A stretch of 64,000 nucleotides of DNA from IMG/VR virus record IMGVR_UViG_3300045988_146774, positions 32,001 to 96,000 of that record, one strand, 5' to 3'. The notes under the pieces were generated by a model. That model did no database searches, was not told where the DNA came from, and worked only from the letters and a program-made list of their open reading frames with translations. Positions 44,391 to 55,680 of this stretch are shown here, in pieces. Every line of letters begins with the position of its first letter. The stretch's first letter is position 1. The translations under genes were made by a program, and so were the position numbers. The stretch comes from a virus.

Positions 44391-47300
44391 TAATTTTATA
44401 TTCATTATGCAGTTTAAAGACTTAGGAAGTTTATTTGATAGTTTTGGAGAACTTAATTTTAAACATGCAAGTAAAGCCTCTTCTTTTGCGGATTTGGATG
44501 GAATAGATAAAAACACTATAAAAGGTTTGTTTAAAATAGATAACAATGATATTAGTGATTTTACAATGGCTCAAATTCAGGCAAAAGCAAGTACGATGGG
44601 ACTTACTGAGTCATTAACAGATGAATTAATGGCTATGTCAAAAGACGCTGATTTTACAGCCAAAGCAAAAGTCGGTAAAGTAACTTGGGGGGAAGCACTA
44701 AAAGAAGGTTCAACAAATGCGGATCAAATAGGGAAAGCATTAATGAAATCTTCCGATGTTTCCGATAAAGCAAAGAAAAAATTATCGGAAGTTTATGATA
44801 AATTTGGAAGTGGAAGTCAAGTATATCAAAAACAGATAGAAAATATTATAAATGGTGCAAATGGTTTAGATGATATTTCTGGTAAATTTACAACTCTTGG
44901 GGCTGATGTCCAAAAATCTACTGGAATGTTCGAATCCGCTGGTAATATTATCAAAGGATTCTTTGCATCAATAAAAGGGTATATTCCTATTCTTGCTGTT
45001 GCCGGAACAGCTTTCGCAGCGTTTAAACTTTGGGACTATTCTCAAACTGGATATACTAGAGCTAAAGAGAAAGCAGAAACTTCAGCTTCTACTTTTTCAG
45101 AAGATAAATCTAATCTCCAATCTCTTCAACAAGAACTTGATACAACAAAGAGTAAAATTGAAGAACTCAATGCTACAAAAGAACAGAATGGTGGATTGTC
45201 TCTTACTGATGAAGCGGAGTTATCTAGACTTGAACAAGAAAATGCCCAGTTGGAGCGTAAGGTCGCAATTCAGAAACAGCTCACAGAAATTTCCGCACAG
45301 GCTGCTTCAAGTGACGCTCGAAAAGCTGCCAATACTGCCCAAACATATTGGGATCATCTTAAAGAGAAAAATGGCGGAGGATTTTTTGGAACGCTAAAAT
45401 CTATTCCTGAATATTTTGCTACAAAACGTGAAGAAAAAGATGGAAAAGTTTATCTCACTAAGGAGAAAAATACTTGGGAAAAAGAAAATGGTGGTAAAGG
45501 AAATACCACTCTTGAAAATCAAACAAAAGCCAATATTAAAACGCTCAAAGATTACCAAAGTCAATTAGAAGATATTGAAACTCAACTTGGAAGTTCTGAT
45601 TTGACAAAAGGAGAAAGAAAAAGTCTCCAAAAACAGCAAAAAGAACTTAGTGAAAATATTGCTGATACAAAGCAGACTTTATCTACACAGACAGACCAAC
45701 TTCAGCAGTGGATTGATGCTTCATATGGGGCAGATGGAAAACTTGAGTCTGGAGCATCTAAATATGTAGATAATTGGAATAAAATCATTAACGATGTTAA
45801 CAATACTATCGGGCAAAAGACCAAAACACAAATTGACGCAAGTAATTTAGATACTTACTTCAACTCTTCTTCTGGTTCTGCTATGAAAGAATATTTGGAG
45901 AATATTGTTGAGGAAGGCGGATCTGCTCAAGATGCACTTGACGCATTTAGAGAGTCCGGAATGCGTCTCAAAGATATTGATGTTTCAGAAAATGGATTTC
46001 TTACATATTTTGAAGATGTAAAACGTCAGGCAGAGGAAGCAAAGCAAGCTGCGGAAGATTATTCCGCTTCTGTTTCAGATGTAGAATCTGCAACTGAATC
46101 TGCAAATCAGGACAAAGATTGGTCTACTATCCAAAGTGCTTATAAGGCTGCAAAGGAATCATTGAAAGAAGGCAAAACTGGAACCGATGATTTTCAGACT
46201 ATGGCAAAATTCCTTAACTCCAATGCGGTAAAGAAATATGCAGAGCAAGGCGGTAAATATACTGCTGATGCTTATCAGAAAGCTTTCCAAGAGGCAATGG
46301 GAACAGCCGATAGATGGTTTGGTGATGATGAAGCCACTAGTATGAAGAATTTCGTCAATGACTTCAAAAATAAAGGATTGTGGGATGTCTCTACTGACGC
46401 AATGGGTCTTTGGGATATCAAAACAAACTTTAATACAACTGCTGAAGCTGCTGACAAGTTTGGAATGAGTGTTGAATCCGTAGAAACAATGTTGCATGGT
46501 CTTGAAGCCTATGGATATGACTTTAGTGACATTATGTTTTCTGCTGAAGGTCTTGATGAATATAAGACAGCTCTTGACGGGATTAAATCTACATATGATG
46601 AAATGACGGATGGTGCTGCTAAAGATAGACTTGGATCATTGATTGATAGTTTTGAATCTGAATATGATAAATTCCAAAATGGAGATTTAAAGAATCTTAC
46701 AAAGGATCAGATTGTTAAAATTAAATTTGAGTATGATTTATCTCAAGTTGAGCAAAAAACTCAAGAGTTGATTGATCAAGCTGCAAACAGTGGCTCTAAT
46801 AATGATTTAGCCGGAGCAATAGTTTCTCAGAAAAAAGAGCGTGATTTATTAGAGGGACGGACGAAATATACAAAAGATTCTGATGAAGGGTATTCATATT
46901 CTTATGATCAGATTGATAAGCTCCAACAAAAAATGACTGGCGCAACAAAGACAGAACGAGCAGAGATTAATAAGCAAATTCTTGCATATCAAGAAATGCA
47001 AAATAATTTTCAGAAATACAGACTTGATGGTGGAGATTTAAATTGGAATGATTATTTGGATACTCCTTCTGCTACCGCTGCTTTTGATGAGATTATTAAA
47101 AAAGGTCTTATGACAAAAGACCAACTCAAAGATTTGTTTGGAGAAAAAGCAACTTATGAGATTGATGCAAAGCTCAACGACGATAATCTCCAAAGCAAAT
47201 TAAAGAAGCTTAAATCTGGTGAAAGCATTACTTTTAAAGCAGATGTTGGCGATATTGAGACTGATGTAGAGGCTGTAAAAAATGAAGACGGTACGGTAAC

Positions 47301-50300
47301 ATACACAGCAAATATTGGTGGAGTCCCAAAAGAAGTAAATAAAATTGCCGACGCTGAAGGCAAGATTCATTATACTGCTGATTTTGATGGTTCGAAGGAA
47401 TGGCTTGAGAACAATCTTAAAAAAGAAGAAACAATTACATTCAAAGCTGACGTTGCTGGGGTTACACAAGATATCCAAGCTTATAAAGACGAAGACGGTA
47501 CAATTCATTATTATAGTGTTTTAGACAATGGAACACGCAAAGAACTAGAACAACATAAAAATGAAGACGGTACAATTACCTATACTACTACTGCTGACAC
47601 TTCTGGTGTGGAAAAAGCGACCAAGAAAGCTAAGGAAAATGCTGAAAAGAATAAAATCGAATTAGAGATTACTGCAAAAGATACCAATCTTGTAGATAAA
47701 TATATACAAGAAAAACAGAAAAGTGACGCAGCGAAATCAAAACTATCAGATTCTGAAGCTGTACATGGTAATGTAGATAGTCGTGATCGTCCAATGATTT
47801 ATTGGGACAAAGAAAACCTTAAATCTAATAAATCTGCTCTTAAGAGTTGGGGGCAGAATCCAAAGGATTTAAAAGGATCTTATTCTACTGTCATGGGCGG
47901 AAGTGATGAATTTCAAGGTGTAGAAATTGCATATACTCCTGTGCTGAAGACTGGTGATGGAAAAGGTGAAGTTATCAGCAAAAACACAATGAGTAAGTAT
48001 ATTAACACTCTCATTGATCAAGCAAAATCCGCTGGTGACGGAAATTGGACTACTGAAGATTTATTAAAATTAGATTCTGAAGGTTTATTAGTCGACGGGA
48101 AGAAAATTTCTAATATGATTGCAGATGTTGGTGACACTGCCAAAGAAACCGGCGAAAAGATGCATGATATAGATGATTCTCTTTATTCCGAAGAATATGC
48201 AAAATACTGGGATGAAATTTCTGAAAAGGCTGAAAAGGCTAATATGTCCGTCGAGGATTATGTCAATACAGTTGCTTCTACTAGCGTAACATCAGATAAT
48301 CTTGTAACAAAAGATAATGGATTTGATAAAGTTGTTGAAAACGCAAAGAATGCTGTCGAGACATTAAAAGGGCTTGGTAATGAGAATCTTAAGTTAGATT
48401 TTGATTTTAAAACTACTAATCTTACAGATATAGAAAATCAAATTCAGCAAGCAAAGAGTAATCTTGATCAGTTTAAGAATGATGACGGTACTGTTAATAT
48501 GTCAATCAATGGAGCACAAGAAGCAGTTACAATTCTTGAGACATTGATTCAGCAAAAACAGCAAGCCTCTAATCCTGTAATAATGGAAGTAAGCACAAGT
48601 GGACTTGATTCCGGAGTATCTGGTGCGGTTTCAAAATTAAAGGAGTATCAAAATGCCTTAAACCAGCTTAATACTCTTAATGAATTAAAAACTGCCGGGG
48701 TACAAATTGATGATTCTCAAATATCTGATGCCGAGGATAAAGTAAATGGCTTATTTGATGAAATTCAGAAAGCTTCTGAAAAAGGTCAATTTAAAATAAA
48801 TGCCGATGTTTCTGTAGATTCATCTTCACAAGAAAAGCTACAGTCAGACCTTAAAAACATGACTCCGGAGATTAAAGCAAAAATTACTGCGGATGATTCT
48901 GACACAAAGAAAGATGGCAAGACTACTGAAGCAAAAGTAAATTACAAAAAAGGATCACAAGAAAAACCAAGTCCTAAAAATGCCAAAGTTAATTACAAAA
49001 AAGGTTCTCAGGCAAAGCCTAGTCCAAAGAACGCAAAAGTTAACTATAAAAAGGGTAGCCAGGCTAAACCAAGTCCTAAAAATGCCAAAGTTAATTACAA
49101 AAAAGGTTCTCAGGCAAAGCCGACATCTCCTAAAACAGCAACAGTTAACTATAAACTTGGTACAGTTGCAAAACCACCTGCTGTAACAGTTAAAGTTAAT
49201 TACGATACTTCTGGTGCACCTAAAGTTCTTGGAACAGCGCATGTAAAAGGATCTACTGGTGGTTTATATCCTATTCCACAATTATCAAGACGTGCACTGG
49301 CAAGCGGAACATTGTCTGATTCCTCATGGTTGAAAGATAGATGGAAAACGAAAGACTCTGAAATGGCTTTGGTTGGGGAGGTCGGACAGGAACTTGTAGT
49401 TTCTGGAAACAGATGGTACACCGTCGGTGATAATGGTGCGGAATTTGCTCATATTCCTGCCAAATCAATCGTATTCAATTCTAAGCAGACTGAAGAGCTG
49501 TTGAAAAAAGGGTTTACTAATTCTAGAGGCAAAGGCAATATATCATTACCTGGAACAGAAGCATTTGCATCTGGTACTGCTTACAGGTTAGGCAGCGGAG
49601 CCTCTTCTACTACAAATGCTAAGAAAAAAACTTCGTCTGGAACCAAATCCTACGGAACTTCAAAAGCGAAATCAAGCTCTGGTTCAAACACAAAATCCAA
49701 TTCCAATTCAAATCCTGATTCATCTGAATCAGCAGAAAAATCTGAAGAATTATTAGATTGGATTGAAACTCTGCTTTCAAGGACTTCTAGATTGACAGAG
49801 TTAGCCACAAGTGCTGTTGATCGTGCGGTCGGATTGGCTAATAAGCAGAATGCACTTGTAGATGCGGTTACAAAAACTCAGAATGAAATCACTACAAACC
49901 AAAATGCAGCGAATAAATATTTTGCTCAAGCAAATTCTCTTGGTCTTGCTCAAGGATATGTCGACAAGATTAAAAATGGTACTCTTGATATTGAATCAAT
50001 TACTGATGATAATCTTAAAGATAAAATCTCTAAGTACAAAGATTACTATGAGAAAGGCTTGTCTGCTCAAGATAAAGTCCTCGACCTTCAAGACAAACTT
50101 AATGAACTCTACCAGAAACGATTGGAAATCATAGAAAAAGAATATGATACTATCGTTGAGGTAAACGATTCATTAAAGGATATGCTTGATGCTAAAATTA
50201 GTTACAACTCTGCTTATGGCGTAGCAAATGACAATCAAGATAATATAGATAGTATCAATAAGTCTATCAAAGCACAAGAAGATACTATCAATCAGCTTAC

Positions 50301-51287
50301 TAAAAAGCTTGATGCATATCAGAAGGAAGTTAATTCTCAGATTACTTCCGGGACATTGAAGAAAGGTTCTGAAGATTATAGGTCTGCACAGAAAAATCTT
50401 AATGATTTTACGGCAAATATTTATAAAGCATCACAAGAACTTATCGAGTTACGGGATAAACTTGTACAGTTAAGAGCTGATGCAATTCAGACGATTATTG
50501 ATACGTTCAAAAGACGTTCTGATAAATTGGATAAGTATACTTCTCTTCTTGAAGCTAAAGATGAAACTGTACCAGAATCAGTATATCAGGAAAGACTGGA
50601 TAACAACAATGACACAATTCGTAAGAACCAAGAAGCCAGAGCCATTTGGCTAAAACGACAAGCAACCGAAGATGTAAATTCGGACAACTATAAGAAATAT
50701 GCTGAGGAAATCCAGAAACTTGATGAATCCACTCTTGACCTTATGAAAGACAACGAAGATTTAAAGAACTCTATCTATTCTCTCAGAATCAAAAATCTGG
50801 AAGATGCCATCAAAGGTTATGATGATTTGGAAACTGAGTTAAAAGGATTCAGAGATCTTTTAAATGACGATGCTTTCTTAGATAAAAAGGGTGGAATCAC
50901 AGATGAAGGATTGGCTCAGATTACTCTTCTCTCTCAGAGTATCGGAAATGCAAAACAGAAAATTTCTGACCTCACAACCGGACTTCAGAAAGTAAAAGAA
51001 CTTTATGATAATGGTGTTATCTCACTTAAAGAATATAACGAAAAATCTGCGGAATATCGCAAAGAACTTCAGTCTTCTACAAGTGATGTAAAATCTTATC
51101 AGAAGAGTTTGACTGATTTATATCAGAATGCTTTGAAAACAGAAGTGGATGCACTTCAAAAAGTCATAGATAAAAGAAAGTCGGCACAGACCGCCCTTGC
51201 TTCATATTACGATTTTCAAAAAAAAGTTACATCTCAAACAAATGATGTAAACAGCTTAAAAGCTCAAATTGCAGCACTCGAAGGGGT
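44387..51287 (+). CDS. tape measure protein, exon 3 (5' boundary uncertain: in-frame acceptor candidates after G44386, G44412 or G44419)
   Basis: A 2301-aa ORF with no SD before its first ATG (44407). TM segments, long coiled coils, EDGT(I/V)xY modules, 17-aa tandem repeats and the LVGEVGQELV motif. The frame degenerates after 51287. Confidence 0.75.
48931..49230 (+). repeat. in-frame 51-nt (17-aa) tandem repeats AKVNYKKGSQ(A/E)KPSPKN, 4 copies plus 2 degenerate
   Basis: Read directly from the protein (KVNYKKGSQEKPSPKNAKVNYKKGSQAKPSPKNAKVNYKKGSQAKPSPKNAKVNYKKGSQAKPTSPKTATVNYKLGTVAKPPAVTVKVNY) and from the nucleotide sequence. Confidence 0.85.
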
Positions 51288-52989
51288 AACATTATTTGCC
51301 CTATTTGTTTAATTGCTGGAACGCCCTTAGAGCTACATATACTACAACGAATACATGAAATAAGGTAAATCGTGAATGTTAAAAAATATGTAGATTGGGT
51401 AATCAGCAGCGAAATTCCGAACAGGAATACGTTCAACGACTAGGTAGGATGAGTGTACTACCGTAGGATCGCAAGCGATTGGCGATTCGAAAAATACAAA
51501 CTGTTTATTAATTAAATATAGAATTCATAAATCACGTTGAGATATACGTGATTTTTTAGTGTGCGAATTTATTTAAAGAGAATAAAAGAAATGGAGGTGA
51601 AATATGCTAGTACCTAATCAAAAAGTTGAGGTATGCTGGAATAATACAACAAAAAAACATTATATGGAATTGGGATATGAATTTACAAAAATCAGAGATA
51701 AATTTCTTGTAAATGTTGAAGATTTAACACCTCATTCCGGAGAACAAATAAGCGTAATTTGTGATTACTGTGGCAATCAAAAAATGACAACATTCAATGA
51801 TTATAATTGTTCTATTAAAAAATATCCATATAAATATTCTTGTTCAGAATGCATCCCAGTAAAACAAAAAGAAATTAGAGGAAATAAATATAAAGGAAAA
51901 TATTTTAACGTATTTGTCAATAAATGTATTGAGAATAATTGTGTTCCAATTTCAACTATTGATGATTATCAAAATGCATATTCTAAGCTATATTTTATTT
52001 GTAGTAAACACGGACAACAATGTATAACTTATAATAGCATTAAGGCTGGGTCTTGGTGTATAGAATGTGGACATGATAAAGGGGCAAAAAAGATTGCAAC
52101 GCCAATAGATAAAGTAATTAAAATAGTTGAATCAAAAAATAATAATAAAATTATTAATCCAGAAGAGTACATAAATTTTAGCACTTCTAATCTTCTTATT
52201 AGATATGGATGCTGTGGAAAAGTTTCAACTACTTCATTGAACTCGTTAGAGAATAGTGATGGTCTATGCTATGATTGTGGACAAAAGAAAGCAAAAGAAC
52301 ATATAAAATTATCTATGGAAGAAGTAACAAAACGGATAAATTCTGTTAACAATAATAAATTGTTAAATCCAAGTGAATATATTGACAATTCTACAATTAA
52401 TTTAAAGATATTATGTGGAGAATGTAATAAAAATATTTTTATAACAAGCTTGGCTAATTATGAATATAATCAAAAAATACGTTGTGGAACATGTTCTCAG
52501 AGGATAAGCGTCCCGGAAAGAACAACACGAAATATTTTAGAAAAATATGATATAAAGTATCTTCCAGAATACAAATTCAAAGATTGTAAAGACAAAAGAC
52601 CACTGCCATTTGATTTTTATCTTCCAGAATATAATATTTTAATAGAATTAGATGGGGAGCATCACTATCATCCTAAATGGGGTGATGAGCAGTTGAAATA
52701 TATTCAAAATCATGATAAAATGAAAAACGAATATTGCGAAAATAATAATATCACTTTAATTCGAATTCCATTTTGGGAGTTTGATAATCTTGAAAAAATT
52801 CTTATAGAAAAACTTAATCTTCCACAAATCGTGGACATAGAATTATCCAATGGTCGAATTTTTAAATACAAAGCACACAAACCAAAAGAATAATTAATAA
52901 ATAGAAGATATAGTCTAATCTCATATGAAAGTATGAGGAGAGTTATACTACTCTCTCACTTATGTAGCGAATAAGTGAAAAGATAAATG
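51288..52989 (+). mobile_element. group I intron 3 (with endonuclease ORF in the P8 region)
   Basis: P1: exon GGGGT(51283-87) pairs with GCCCT(51298-302). P AATTGCTGGAACGCC (51311-25), Q AATCAGCAGC (51401-10), R GTTCAACGACTAGG (51431-44), S AAGATATAGTC (52905-15), P7 GACTA/TAGTC. Ends in G52989. Joining gives ...AALEG-V-NDAATLAKKK in frame. Confidence 0.8.
51604..52893 (+). CDS. intron-encoded putative homing endonuclease (four zinc-ribbon repeats plus PD-(D/E)XK / Vsr-like domain)
   Basis: 429 aa, GGAGGTG SD. Repeated CxxC...CxxC units. C-terminus ...SVPERTTRNILEKYDIKY...FDFYLPEYNILIELDGEHHY... resembles DUF559/Vsr-type nucleases. Confidence 0.6.
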   Translation: MLVPNQKVEVCWNNTTKKHYMELGYEFTKIRDKFLVNVEDLTPHSGEQISVICDYCGNQKMTTFNDYNCSIKKYPYKYSCSECIPVKQKEIRGNKYKGKYFNVFVNKCIENNCVPISTIDDYQNAYSKLYFICSKHGQQCITYNSIKAGSWCIECGHDKGAKKIATPIDKVIKIVESKNNNKIINPEEYINFSTSNLLIRYGCCGKVSTTSLNSLENSDGLCYDCGQKKAKEHIKLSMEEVTKRINSVNNNKLLNPSEYIDNSTINLKILCGECNKNIFITSLANYEYNQKIRCGTCSQRISVPERTTRNILEKYDIKYLPEYKFKDCKDKRPLPFDFYLPEYNILIELDGEHHYHPKWGDEQLKYIQNHDKMKNEYCENNNITLIRIPFWEFDNLEKILIEKLNLPQIVDIELSNGRIFKYKAHKPKE

Positions 52990-54517
52990 AAATGATGCTG
53001 CAACACTTGCAAAGAAAAAGAAGTTAGAACAACAGCTTAAAGATGCACAGGAAACACTCGATGATACTAAGCGTGACCATCGTAATGACCTCATCTCCAA
53101 AGGTTACGACAAGATATCTGATGACCTCAATCAGATGCTCGAAGATACCGAATATGAAATCTCACACAATGCTGATAAGCAGAATGAAATCATCCAGAGT
53201 ATGCTTAATAAGCAAGTTGGAATGTATCAGGAAGCCTACAGCAAAATCAATTCTATCATCAAGAACACTGGTTGGGTTGGAAGCAATGACTTCAATAACA
53301 ATCAGTCTCAGATGTCATCTCAGACAGGTGCACAGAATCAAGCGTCTAACGCATCTCAATCTCAGCAGACAGCAAACAGCAAACCATCTAGTTCTGCATC
53401 CGGCACAGATACAAGCGGAATCAAAGATAATTCTTCAGAGAACAATAAGATAACTGAAAATATTATGAAGCCTGAAAATACAACAAACAGACCTGTTGCA
53501 GAGCTTAAAGTATCCAAGTCATCAGTATCTATTGAAGAAGGAAAGTCTACTTCTGTTACTACGAAAATCAGACCGAATGATGCTGCCAATAAGAAATTAT
53601 CTTGGAAGTCAAGTAATACTGCTATTGCTACAGTATCAAATGGAACGATTAGTGGTAAGAAGCCGGGTTCATGTCAGGTAACAGTATCTACCACTGATGG
53701 ATCTGGAATTTCTAAGACTATTGCTGTTACCGTTACAAAGAAGCCAGATCCTCCGAAACCAGCACAGAGCAACACAAATAAATCTGGTGGAGATGGAGTA
53801 CCTAGAGTTGGTGATGTTGTAACATTTAATGGAAAATATTACTACGATTCTTGGGGAAAAAGACCTGCCGGAAGTTTATATTCTGGTGTCAAGAATGGTG
53901 TTGTAATTGATAGCTATTCTAGCAGAGAATATGGCGGAAGTGCTAGATATACAGGAGATCTTAAAGTTCATATCAAATCTAGGGATGGAAGATATGGAGA
54001 TTTGGGATGGGTAAGATTAAGTCAGATTAGCGGATATGCGAAAGGTACTCCGGGAGTTGACAGAGATCAAATTGCCATTGTGGATGAAGAAGGTCGTGAA
54101 CTTCAGATTCCTAATGGTAAAGGTGGAAGAATCACAAAGCTTGAAAAAGGCACTGGTGTAATTCCACATACTGCAACCGAAAAACTCATGGCTCTTTCTG
54201 AACAGCTTGATAACAATGGAAACATGGTTATTAATGGTAGAACGATTGAAGAGTATGTTAATGATATGGCTAATATGCAGAGTATTGCTGTGCCAGATTT
54301 CAGTGATGTTACTGCTTCTGTCGTTAGTCAGTTAGAAGGCAAAGGTATGGGTAATGTGACGGTTGAGAATCATTATGATTCGTTGTTGACTGTAGAGGGT
54401 AATGTTGACAAAGATGCATTGCCTGGATTAGAAGATATTCTTAAGAGATCGTATGAATACACGTCTAAGCAGATGGTCAAAGAACTTCGAAAAGGCGGTA
54501 TGCAGATTCGGAGATAA
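52990..54517 (+). CDS. tape measure protein, exon 4 (Big_2-like Ig domain and C-terminal region)
   Basis: The frame is open from 52991 with no SD or ATG until 53135. Contains VSKSSVSIEEGKSTSVTTKIRPNDAANKKLSWKSSNTAIATVS...GSCQVTVST (Big_2-like). Confidence 0.75.
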
Positions 54518-54544
54518 TTAAGAGGGAGCAGTGTCACAACTGCT

Positions 54545-54554
54545 CTCTTCTATT
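54545..54554 (+). promoter_or_regulatory. CTCTYCTATT motif copy
   Basis: Exact CTCTTCTATT at the 3' side of an imperfect hairpin (AGAGGGAGCAG...CTGCTCTCTTCT), just after the TMP stop. Confidence 0.5.
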
Positions 54555-54583
54555 ATATAAAAATATGAAAGGATGTGAGAGAT

Positions 54584-55588
54584 ATGGCAAAACAATTTAG
54601 TGATTTCTCATTTTGTGGAAAAAGAATAAGTGATTTACTAAATATAAAATATATATCTGTGGAATATGATTCCGACCCGTCAAAATCACTTGGACTTGAG
54701 CGTGATATGCAAAAGGGTGAATCAACAAGATATCGCATAGAACCAAACTATTTCTATGATACATGGTCTGCTCCATTAGAGTTTGATTTACATATTTTAA
54801 AAGATACGTGTAAATATCAAACACAGACAGAAATGGAAATTACAAAGAGTGAATTAAGAGAAATAACCAGATGGCTAACATCTTCTCATTATCCTGAATG
54901 GATTAGATTCTCAGATGAAGATGGTAATTTAGAAGAATGGCGATATAAAGGATGGTTTTCAAATGTAGAAACGTTTGTAGCTTATGGAACAGTATACGGA
55001 TTAAAGTTGCATTTTAAATGTACTACTTCATTTGCATGGACGGATGTAATAACAAATTCTTGTGCATGTACAACATATAAAAATATGTTAGTCAAAAATG
55101 ATGGGGATGATTTGAACGATTACTCCTACCCTACCATTAGAATTCATCCAACGAAAGATGAAGAAATTTTTATATGTAATGAGAGTGATTACACATTATT
55201 AGAGAACGGTAAAATATCTGTTGCAAGTGATGATGTCTTTAACACCATTATTGATAAGGCTGAAAATTATGCGAAGTTGAATGGATACGATTTAGAATAT
55301 ACAGGCAAAGGTGCTTTTAATATTGTTTCTATTTGCAATGATACAGGAGTTCAATTTAAACTCATTAATAATTATGGTTGCGAAACATTGTGTACTGTTT
55401 TCTATAACACCGATACAAAAGAATACAAAATAATTTCTGGTGGATTTATGTATATGAAAGTATACAAAGATTTGGATGTGGTTATTGACTGTAAAAATAT
55501 GACTATTGAAGATTCTATTGGACGCATGGTTACATATGATAAACTTGGAATTTCAGATATTGGATATATGTATTGGTTATATCATTAG
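54584..55588 (+). CDS. distal tail protein (Dit-like), by position
   Basis: ATG at 54584 (the track has GTG at 54575). It is the first gene after the TMP. The N-terminal F-x-F-x-G-x-x-x-S pattern is typical of siphovirus tail component proteins. Confidence 0.45.
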   Translation: MAKQFSDFSFCGKRISDLLNIKYISVEYDSDPSKSLGLERDMQKGESTRYRIEPNYFYDTWSAPLEFDLHILKDTCKYQTQTEMEITKSELREITRWLTSSHYPEWIRFSDEDGNLEEWRYKGWFSNVETFVAYGTVYGLKLHFKCTTSFAWTDVITNSCACTTYKNMLVKNDGDDLNDYSYPTIRIHPTKDEEIFICNESDYTLLENGKISVASDDVFNTIIDKAENYAKLNGYDLEYTGKGAFNIVSICNDTGVQFKLINNYGCETLCTVFYNTDTKEYKIISGGFMYMKVYKDLDVVIDCKNMTIEDSIGRMVTYDKLGISDIGYMYWLYH

Positions 55589-55680
55589 AATACAATCCAT
55601 TGTGTTATGACAATAACCTTCAGATTACATTCTCTAATATGATTCAAAGCAGATCATATTTTATTGGAGGGATATTATAT

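Noticed and set aside
48931-49230. Regularly spaced repeats considered as a possible CRISPR-like array
   Set aside because: The repeats are contiguous 51-nt in-frame coding units with no spacers, inside a long ORF.
44993-50134. Alternate-frame and antisense ORFs (44993.., 46159.., 47154.., 48955.., 49200.., 49862..) within TMP exon 3
   Set aside because: They are embedded in a 2301-aa ORF with coherent TMP features, and they lack SDs.
53043-53453. 136-aa ORF overlapping TMP exon 4 in another frame
   Set aside because: It overlaps the well-supported exon 4 frame, has no SD, and has a basic low-complexity composition.
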